This document shows, piece by piece, positions 52,501 to 62,277 of a stretch of 64,000 nt of DNA. Both the position numbers and the translations under genes were made by a program. Location of the stretch: contig JAUFOQ010000003.1 in NCBI GenBank assembly GCA_040285855.1, positions 248,001 to 312,000 on the forward strand, read 5' to 3'. The DNA comes from Eukaryota sp. GEM-RC1 (lineage: Eukaryota). The notes beneath the pieces are model-generated. The model saw only the letters and a program-made list of their open reading frames with translations. It made no database searches and had not been told where the DNA came from. Every line of letters starts with the position of its first letter. The stretch's first letter is position 1.

Positions 52501-54296
52501 ATATGTGTCCTCAGAAGCAACAGTTGGTTTTTGTTAGATCATTGTCTTTATAATATTTAATGGAATGACCGCAATGGCGGTCGGTGTGATTTTGGGAGAC
52601 AAAAAACAGATGATGTGGAAATGGAAATTTATAATGTCTAGAAGGTGGATTTGGGCGAAGTCTCAATATCTTTTAAGTACTAGTTGTCCGTGAATTGGTT
52701 TTATGTTATATATTAACGAAATACAAAAAAAACAATTAGTTAATTTGTTACATATGGCCAATTTATTAAAAAAGAGGCTTCAAAGATTTTTTTAACAAAC
52801 AACACTTTTTATCTTGATTTCTGTTTTCATTTTTTCGTTTATACACTTTCTTCACATTTTTAAAACATTTACAGAAAAATTGCTAGAAAACATCATTTGT
52901 GAACGCGTGTTTTACAGAAGTCTGTACCATTGTTGAATTGTACCACAATTATTGCGGCATAATCATCAACCAGATTCACTAACAATTTTGAACAATATCA
53001 TATGTAAGAAGCAGAAAACATGTTGAATAATGTAACTTTTGACTATTCATTAGACCTCCTCAACATCTCAGTCAACTCATTCAATCTGTGTAGTTCAAGC
53101 AAACTCGAGTGATGCAACCTGTTGAAGGGAGATATACATGCTCTATAAAGCATTCTTCCAAAATATACAAAAACTATGACCTGCATTTTTGGTTGTTATA
53201 ATGCTACTATACGAGTCAGCTGGTGAAGACGACTACTTCAATCCCTTAGTATGTGAGATTGATGAAAAGTGGCTGAATCTTAAGAGTAGTAGCAACTAAG
53301 TAGACTGTTCGACGGTACTTGTATGGTTTTACTACAATAGTAGTATCAATGAACACTCAGCTTATCACATCATCTTCTTCGAATAGATCAGCATTAGTCT
53401 CATCTTGAATTTATTCTGAGTGTCATAACACATACAAAAAGCCAAATATAATATACTTACTAAATTACTAGTTCACTAATTGTTTCCTTAGTCAGACTAT
53501 ATTTGTATAAAAATATAATGCATTATACCCTTTTAATTTGATAACACTCAAACTATCAAAATTGCATCTAACTTCTTCTTTGTGATTCATCAATAGGTTC
53601 AGTTCCATCTTCCAGATGTATAAGCAACATTCAGCAAAAAATGTACAAAAATTGAATTTTATTCTTTCATCACTGCAAGTCGAAGATTAAAATCTAGCCT
53701 TTCAAAAATATATTTAAAATATTCTTCAGTGATGTGGTTCTTAAGACATAACTGAAGATTCGACAAACATCTTGACGGTACGCAGACCCAAATTACAATG
53801 AGACCAATCATCAAAAGGTAAATGTTTCAACGCTCGGTTCAATAACTACTTGAATTGGGTCAATAATTAAAAAATAATCAAGAAAAACGCTGAACAATAC
53901 GATGGTCAAAAAAAAATTGTAGGGAAAACTTTGGACAACTAATAGCTAATATCACTTCTAGTTACCTGTATCTGAGACTGACCTTCAAGAAGCTTCTATA
54001 AAAGTATCATACAGAGCGTTGACCATGCGCTATCTAATTCCAGCAAACATACAATATTTGAAATGTTTGAAAGAGACATAAATGATGGAAATAATTGAAA
54101 GCTCATCGTGCTATAAATACAGTACAAAAAAGAGAGAACTAAGAAGTTGAAAATGATACAGAAATTTTCATATCAAAACAAGGAAGTCTTGATTTGTTGA
54201 GATGAAGAAATTATCATAATTTAATTATGTGAAGCATATGTCTCATTTTGAAAATTGTTTCAACATCTTTTTTGTAAAGACAATCAATGACCATAA

Positions 54297-54788
54297 TCAA
54301 AACTGTGTTTTCATCTCAACTTCAGCTTTTCTCTCGAGTACCCTACGTTCAAAGCCGTTACCTCTGACGACTCCATCCCACTTAGATCCTGGCTTGATGT
54401 TGAATCGATTTTGCCAATAGATAGTAGATGTATCTAAAGACATTTGCTGAGGAGAATCCGATCGAGAGCGACGTTGAAAAGGTATGTCCAATGGCTTGGT
54501 TGACGCTGGTTTATCATAGGAGGACATGGGGTCGAAAGCAGAGAGATCATCGTGTGACTTTTTAGAGAGAGCAGAAGAAGAAGTGTGTGGGAGTGTAACA
54601 GGAGCAGATTCATCCTCCGTTATTTCTACTGGAAGGTCTGCAGTGTTTAACTCAGCAGAGTCATCGAGTGGTAAAGGATCACAAACACTGGAAGAGGAGC
54701 AAACTTGGTAAGTTATTTTGACCTTCGTTTGTGACTCCTTTTGAGCATCAGATGATAGAGGAGCAGATCGGTGGATTCTAAGGGGCAT
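54297..54788 (-). CDS. BUD13: Pre-mRNA splicing factor Bud13/Cwc26 (RES complex), short form
   Basis: C-terminal NRFNIKPGSKWDGVVRGNGFE matches the Bud13 signature NRF.I.PG..WDGV.R.NGFE. Confidence 0.85.
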   Translation of the reverse strand: MPLRIHRSAPLSSDAQKESQTKVKITYQVCSSSSVCDPLPLDDSAELNTADLPVEITEDESAPVTLPHTSSSALSKKSHDDLSAFDPMSSYDKPASTKPLDIPFQRRSRSDSPQQMSLDTSTIYWQNRFNIKPGSKWDGVVRGNGFERRVLERKAEVEMKTQF

Positions 54789-54840
54789 GAAAAAAAACGA
54801 GGTTTATGATCAGTCAGTGAAACAAATGCATTTGCAGAAG

Positions 54841-55090
54841 TTAATTAACTAAAGTATCTAAACTATGATCTTTCTGTCCATCACCGAACAACTTACCTAA
54901 AATTGAATTAAAATATCTGTGCATTGAACGAAACAACGCAAACGTTAACCTACTCAACCAAAAATTTTCATTGAAAACTTTACCATAATCAGACCACAAT
55001 TTACCAAAGGAGGTTAAAAAACCTTGTGCAGCTGGTCCAATATTACCGTATATCGACATCGCAAAAGGTTGAAACACAAAAGAATTGTAC
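54841..55090 (-). mobile_element. CRE-type retrotransposon C-terminal fragment (divergent subfamily)
   Basis: FVFQPFAMSIYGNIGPAAQGFL..W..R.TFALFRSM..YF aligns with FVFQPFAVSLFGSISPAGDQFF..W..RIVFSIYRNM..YF of 32027-32374. Confidence 0.72.
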
Positions 55091-55889
55091 ATGTCAACAT
55101 TCCATTGGTTAATTAATGAATGATAAGGACATGAATGGAATGAAAAGTATCTGCAAGTCAAAACTTTTTACAGAGTCCGTTTTACAATTGGGACTAATCG
55201 TTCAGGAGTTTTTGTTGCTGGTAAATGATGTCACAATGAGACAAGGAGATTGATTCAGATTATAGGTCGTAAATTACCACTGATCCAGTACCATTGTTAA
55301 CTGTGACCAAAACCGCGGGTACTAATACTACTTGAGTAAGTACGAACAAAGACAGGATATAGCCCACAAAATCAGTCTAGATAACGTCGAAATGCATAGT
55401 AGTTAACAAAAGCCGTTGTTCACATACAATTGAAAACCAAATTCAGGACTAAGTAGTACGAACCCACAATTGTTTCGTTTTCCATCACCCCTAGAATAAA
55501 CCAGACTTGGAGCTAGCAATCTGCAGTCAAACAATATAAAAAAGGACGGAAAAATGTCTTGAAAAACGTATACATCTATATATTAAAATACGAAAATTCA
55601 GTGAAAACACAAAATAGGAACTTGTTATGACGGAGTATGTGTCTGTTCAGAAAAGAAGGAACTAGTTTGTCGATATACAATTGGACATTTGTTCAAATGA
55701 TTGTTTCATACCAACATTTTTCAAATATAGATAACGTTTTTGACAATTCAGTGTTTTCAGGTCCTATTCTACATCGGTTTCGAGTGGTTGCTATTGTAAG
55801 AACTGTTTTGCGAGTGTTTTTTTTGGATCTCATGTTATGATCTATAGAAGTATTGTTTTGGTTTTTCATCAACCTGCGTTACGTGCCAT

Positions 55890-55927
55890 AATGCCATACG
55901 GCCATCCAATCTTACGCGTATGGCATT
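55890..55927. repeat. Inverted repeat AATGCCATACG-N16-CGTATGGCATT within a GCCAT-motif cluster
   Basis: Perfect 11-bp arms read directly from the sequence. Confidence 0.55.
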
Positions 55928-56691
55928 TTCTGCCATGAATTGAGTTCATTTTATGTGATATGCCTATTTACATAAGTTACAACTACATCCCTATAAATGT
56001 ATGTCAATCATTGGTTATCCTTCAAAATGTATAGTACTACATCAGCGAAGGTCTGAAAGTGTTGTACAATGTATTATAGTTTGCGCAAGACAATTAATGA
56101 TGAAATATTGTATTACTAATGCTAAATTGACGACTTCTGCCTCAAAAACTCAAATTCCTCGATTGGTATCGTATTTGAGTTAAAGAATTGTTGAAGAACA
56201 GTGAAATACAATTCGTGCTGGGTTTGTGACTACATCATCAAATGACTTCAAAAAAACACCAGAGAGGCATTAACCATACGTACATCAAACCTAACCGACA
56301 GTCGAAAATTCCATTGCGGTGCAACTGTGATTGACAATTTTCTTGCAGAATTACTAAAAAACTGCTATAGCTGTATTAATTACAAATTCAGGTGATATCT
56401 TGATGACCATGTGATCTAGATACTCTACAAGAATGTAGTAGACTAGGTTAAACATTTTCTAAAGATTTCAGGTTAATTAACTAGTGGGTCAATGGAGACT
56501 CAGAATTGTATAGTTATGATCACAGATGTGGAACACAGAATACATATATTTTGCTTAGAATCGATTCGTCAAGTACATGTAGTGCTTGTCCTCTATCAGG
56601 TCATTTGTTCTCTTTTTTCAAAAAAGCCCAAAGCAGTTGTCCTGGAGACAGACGTGGAGCTTACAACTAGGAACCATCAACACTAAAATTG

Positions 56692-56781
56692 ATTGGTCAC
56701 GTGACCAATTAAATAAGCTTATTAACACTTATTTTGAGGACAAAGCTTTGTGTTAGTACATACTTTGCACTAATACAAAGC
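56692..56781. promoter_or_regulatory. Cluster of palindromes/hairpins including CCAAT-flanked E-box
   Basis: ATTGGTCACGTGACCAAT (18 bp perfect), AATAAGCTTATT, ACAAAGCTTTGT, and a 16-bp imperfect stem at 56745-56781. A regulatory role is inferred only. Confidence 0.4.
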
Positions 56782-57022
56782 CTTTATTGGTATTCGTTTT
56801 TGGTATTTGTAGTTTTTTATATACATTCGGTGTACAAAATGTAAGTTATTTATGGACAACAGTTTTGTATCTTGTAATCTAAGTTTTATCCACACAATTC
56901 TACTTCATCTCTGTTTGTCATGACTCCTACTTAATCAAAACCACTCACAACATCTACTACTACACTATATTATGTAAATGACCAAGAGTTTTTGTCCACA
57001 CAATCAAGAACCACTGTAAAAG

Positions 57023-58724
57023 AGGTAGGTGGAGAGTTACCATCCCCAGAGAGTAGGTCTCTAGGAACAAACAACCTGTGTAAACGATCTTTCAATTGCT
57101 GCAATGCCCTTGAATCTGTCTGTCTCAAAACCATCAAAAAACCTTAAATTGGTTTTCGTTCTTTCATGACATCGTTAGTCACCACATTGGTATCCCTTTT
57201 GTGGCTGGACTTTTTCGACAATACATCGACCAACAACTGCGAAATTCTAATTTTGATGTGAATACCTATCGCCTTGAAGCAATCTCTGATCTGGATCATC
57301 TACAACAATTCCTCAACTCTTCCACGCTGCTAAAAGCAGACCAAAACAAATGGCTCAACTACAGTCGAAGAGAAGCATTGAACTGTTTGATAAGATGTGC
57401 TGGAAATCCAAGGGCAATTGTCCGTACAATCAGGAATTATTGTAAAACAGGTCGCTGGGCCGTTACAATTTTCAGAGAGAGTGCTTCTTTATCAGCAAAT
57501 ACTGCACGTTTGAACGATCTTTCAATTGCTGCAATGCCACTAGCCCTGTTTGTCTCAACACCATCAAAAGGTAAGACACGTGTTACAGTTTTATTAGGAA
57601 GTGAAACAATAAGTATGGACTGTTTTGAAACAAATGCACAATTGATGTTAAGTCCATTAGTACTTCCACCTCCAAAACATCTTCGCTCAACAACTTGTTT
57701 ATCAAAAGAAAACGTACGAGGTTCAGTTGAATCCACTACATCCTTAAATAAAGTCTTCAAATTGCTTAAAAATGGTACATCAATTAAAGAATTGGTGTGT
57801 TCAAAATTTAATGCCGATAAGAGGCAATGAAATCTGGTACCAGCAAATACATTTGGTCGTGTAGAAAATTGCTCAAAAATTTGGTACGTATTTTGAAGAT
57901 TTGATTGCTAACTTTATTATCATGAGACATACTCTTTTAACCACAATTGTTGCTGATCCGAGACCTTCCCTTATTTACTTGTTTGGGCCATGTCATACTT
58001 CAACTAGTCCCGATGAAGCGCTTTGGATGTCGTCTAATTATTGTGTCAATCTCAATCATATCGGACCTGTTAAAACCTTGCCATCTCTCAGGAAAAAAAA
58101 ATCTGGGCCTGATGATACGTATAAAATTCAAGTAAAGATCACTGGACAACGGTGCTGTACATGGGAAGACATTGCAAGCTGCAGAGGAAAGATATGCAAA
58201 AATGGAGAAAAAGCAGCTGGAGCAGACCTGTTACTAATTGATTCTACGTCGAATTTGATTGTTGGTGTTGATTGCAAGTCCAAGCATAGGAGTGTTTTTG
58301 AAATTGCACGGCAGTTCATCCAGTGTCTTGCCTCACATCCTCCTGTTGGAGTTCTTTTCTCTATCCGATGTCGTAAAACTTCCTCTGACATGTACCAAAT
58401 AGCTGAGGAATTAGATGGTTCGATTTATGAGCAAGTATATTTAGGTTTGAAAGACAAGTTTCCTGAACGGTATGAAGATGAGAACTACGACTCCCTTATG
58501 TACCGAATGTGCGAGGAAGTTGGTATGAAGCCTCAACATGTACTAATGGGAGTGGAATTTTTGGCTCTATCACATCTTCGCTCATTGGAAAAAACGATTG
58601 TCTGTACCAGAATCATTGTCTTTTGTCGACATTAAACTTTGAACCAAGTGCCAGTGCGAATATTAAAGAAGAAGTTATGGTAAATTTGAAATGTTTGGTT
58701 GATCCTACAATATTGGAATGTTAA
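57023..58724 (+). pseudogene. Crinkler/RHS-like NTPase-nuclease family, copy 3: mosaic of partly duplicated fragments
   Basis: Order is GRWRVTIP..NDLSIAAMPL (57023-57140), TLNWFSFF..CAGNPR..NDLSIAAMPL..PPPKHLRS, IAQKFGTYFEDL..AAGADLLLID..GVDCKS..GVEF, then HLRS..HCLLSTLNF (58572-58724). Walker A is absent. Confidence 0.72.
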
Positions 58725-58731
58725 ATACAAA

Positions 58732-58962
58732 ATGATGGAAGTTTCTTCCATCATCACGACTAATAAAAATAACGTCACCTAATCACAGTCAATCAAGTGT
58801 TACACCAGTGACAATGCATCTGGAAACATCCAAATGTGAAGCGCAATGAGATCAAAATAATGCCCAATTTGAAGGTCTTTCCAAAGTTGAGGATATAGGT
58901 CAAAAATCATGTCAAAAGTCCGCAGATTTCACTTGACAAATGTAAACAAGATGTGACATCTG
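58732..58962 (+). repeat. Dispersed repeat, copy A (hairpin + gtcaaaagtccgcagattt block)
   Basis: Shares the ATGRTGGAAG-N3-CTTCCAYCAT hairpin and ggatat..gtcaaaagtccgcagattt..ttgac...tgtaaac.aga.gtg with 62022-62168. Confidence 0.7.
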
Positions 58963-59017
58963 TTACGTTCTCCTCACTCCAATGTAGAGTTCAGTACATT
59001 CTCAATTCGGATCACTT

Positions 59018-59049
59018 TCTGTCTCTTCTCTGTCTCTTCTCTGTCTCTT
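59018..59049. repeat. Short tandem repeat, 11-bp unit TCTGTCTCTTC about 3x
   Basis: Read directly from the sequence. Confidence 0.7.
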
Positions 59050-59789
59050 TAGTCTATGTCTGGTAGCTGAGATGTCGTGTTTGTTATAGCGTCTCTGGCA
59101 GGGAATCTTGAACTGATTTGTTTCATACAGATTCCCATCTTCTATGAGCTAGGCCGTCGCTCTCGTTTCTATGTCATCACCTTGCTACTTAATGGGAACA
59201 TTAAAGTTTCTATCTTCGATATCTTTGAGAAATTCCCTCTCTTTCAACAAGATCACTCTGTACTGCAACATTACACCGACATCACTTGTAGACCGTGAAT
59301 GTTCTCGTAAAAAGGAGGAGGTACAGTACTTTCAAATCTAGATCTTCATCAAAATATACATTTTATTGGTTACTCACTGGAAGTTTTTGGTTCAACACTA
59401 CAAAAATAGCATCTAACAGTGTATCAGATTGCCAATATAGCAGAAGAATAGATCACCAATAGAATTTGAACATAAATAAGTTATTCTTTATTTTCCTTGA
59501 ATTACTAATCTGTTAGTCCAGATCCTGAATCAGTCGAAAAACTTATTGATCATTTACTCGAAGAAAACTCTTCTTTTCATGTGTTCTTTATCATATTTAC
59601 AAGGCCCTTGTTGAGTCAAAACTGAGGACAATCTCATTTTGGGAAAGTGAACGAGAAGTCAGCCCACAACGTTTTCAAATCCTAATCGAACAAATGGGTG
59701 TTATATGTATGTAAAATTGTTGAAAAGATTCGGTGGAGGTTAAATCTGTCTGAGCATAGCATAGAGGAGGCAAAAATGTTGACATTTAA

Positions 59790-60860
59790 CTAATAGTCGA
59801 TGAGCAGTTAAAGCACTTCATTGCATGTGTTCAACAATCAATTCCGAGAACAACTCTCATGTTAACTAAGAAGTGAGGTTTTGAGTTAATACGCAGTAGC
59901 TGTTCCATTCATGAGGTCATTCCTTTGGAGAACCATCATTTGAGGAAAGTGTGTGCTTGTTCAACAACGTTGATTCGCTTTTGCCTTAAAATAAGTCCAT
60001 CCGCATTGGCATCTTGCTACGAACTCAATACACAAGAAGAACGTTATGTCCTATATTTGTTTTTAGGATAAATGTCAAATATCCTCCTACTAGTAGTCAT
60101 TTCCCAAATCATTAATTCACACATACTCAAAATGAAATCAAACATTCATGACGGTTTTATACTATAGTGACTCTCTAACAAGAAGCTACCAGAGCATCCA
60201 AACTTCTTTCAAAAGAAGCCGTACACAAGGACCTTATGTAATCTAGAACGAAGTTGTGAAACGACGGCAAAGTGCTACAGTGTACGGTGTCAGGAAGATG
60301 TGTTTACATGCCTCTCCGCTTTTGTTCCTGAATTAGGACAGACCTAGGTTTATAAATCTATAAAAACACAAAGATGATCACTGTATTGACCTTTTACAAT
60401 ACTTAGATAAACTTTGACCAATATGAATGGAAGATTCGACAAAGTTAAGAAAATGCCCACTGCAGTTGAAAAAGTTGCAGAAGATGTAAGATCATAACTA
60501 CTACAATGCTTTTCAGGTTGTTGCTCCGTTAAATTGTGCAACAGCAGTTGTTCCTGTGGAAAGTGAGATGGAGAACAAAGTGCTGTGTATTCACTCCGTT
60601 GCCGTTGCTACTGCTCTGAAAGTACCACTAGAAGAGTTAATTTGTAAGAATTCATTGATAAACTCAATTGAAGTGTTTTTATGACGTGTTTTTCTGGAAC
60701 TGTAGTGAGTTCGAACAACAAGTAGAACCCCCAATGGAAAAGCAGAAGATGGATCACGAGTTACAGAGAGCCATAGGTCAAAAAAATGGCGAGGAAGATA
60801 TGGATGTAGTGTCTGTAAGAAGAAGGGACATACTATGAAGTCATGTCAGAACAAGTTATA
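59790..60860 (+). mobile_element. Degenerate MULE-like transposase remnant
   Basis: LIVDE...IP (possible DDE D2 region), HPHW (~60000), RKMCLHA (SWIM-like C-x-H), and intact zinc knuckle CSVCKKKGHTMKSC (60805-60846). Heavily interrupted. Confidence 0.4.
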
Positions 60861-61214
60861 GATGATACAACAGTGATTATAAGAAAAAAAGTGAGGTTGA
60901 AAAGATAGAGTTTATATGGATATTGACCTAGACTGAGTATAGATTGAGTATGGTTTGTATTTTTGATTTCAATTTGAGTAGGTGTGAAATATTATTTGTG
61001 AAATGACTATAAATGAATTTTACCCTTGTTTTTATCCTAAAGATTCGTAATGATGATTGATGATATTAAAATGAAGTCAAAAATCTGTATTTTATAATCA
61101 AGTAGATTACTATTTCAAGCACTACTCATAACTAGAGGAATTGATGTCATTCAAACCATACTACAAACTATTTGCTGTTTCCCAACACAATGTCATCTAG
61201 TGCAATTTCCAAAG

Positions 61215-61970
61215 AGAGTCAGCGTCAAAGCTTCGTGGTCTAGCATTGGAACTATTTCTCGGTACATCTTCGAGCGCTCAAAACCAGTTTCTTGTCGTGT
61301 ATCACACAATATACCAAATTGGTTTTTGTCAAGTATCCCCTCCCAAATAGATGCTTATAAAAGGATTGAGGGTAGGCCTATGGTAAATAGACATGAAGCT
61401 GTTGTCTCATTTGCTCTAAATGTTTGTCAACAATTGCTACAGTTCTCCACGTATTCATCCATTAAATTTAACATTAATGCTCTTATTGGAACCAGGGGTT
61501 CTGGAAAGACCACTTTTGGAACCTGTTGGCTCAACTCTTTGGTTGAACTCACCAATAATACTACTGAGCGATCAAAACTTCATCACTATTTACATAATAA
61601 GTGTAATGAATCCAAAATTCTTGATCTTCTTGTTTATCTCTATTTATCTAATCGCTTTATTGCTATGGAACTTCCAATGGAAGGATTTGAAAATAGTAAA
61701 GAATATCTGTTACACTACGTTGCTAAATATGAAAATATTTCAGAAGATTCAGATCTTTTTGACGTACCTGATCTTTATGATTGTATGAAGAAGCTTTTAT
61801 CTTTGATTGCTCCAACTACAGTAATTAGTGATTGGTGTAGTTTTTCTAATGACAACGAAACATTGAAGTTCTGGAGGTCTATTCAGATGAAGGAAATTAC
61901 TCAAAAGTTTGGTCATTTTTGAAGATATACTGCAGCTTTCTCATCTTTTGACTGCATTGCTACTAAAAAA
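61215..61970 (+). pseudogene. Crinkler/RHS-like NTPase-nuclease family, copy 4 (near-identical to copy 1 N-half; internally deleted)
   Basis: Long exact DNA runs shared with about 37750-38420 (inverted) and an intact GTRGSGKT. After SIQ it jumps to EITQKFG..FED, which is homologous to the central region of copies 2 and 3. Confidence 0.75.
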
Positions 61971-62021
61971 TACGAGTTCCAACTATATGAAACAGTACAT
62001 GAATTGTATCAGTTGGTTATG

Positions 62022-62168
62022 ATGGTGGAAGTTGCTTCCACCATAACTAAAACACAACCTTGTATGAAAGGAAATTAAAGACCAATGGAAAGGAACTTTG
62101 GAATTTAAGGATATCGGTCAAAAGTCCGCAGATTTCTCTTGACTTCTGTAAACGAGAAGTGCTATCCG
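62022..62168 (+). repeat. Dispersed repeat, copy B
   Basis: See 58732-58962. Confidence 0.7.
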
Positions 62169-62277
62169 AATAATATTCATTCAACTGGAAAAGGAAATAT
62201 CAAAATGTCTTAGATTATGTACAGAGACCATATGTAGTTGAAGGAGAACGAGATAGAGAATGCCGTCGTTTTGAAGT

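Noticed and set aside
55186..55270. GTNRSGVFVAG, resembling a flavoprotein reductase C-terminal FAD motif
   Set aside because: It is followed almost immediately by a stop with no other supporting motif, and is too short to distinguish from chance.
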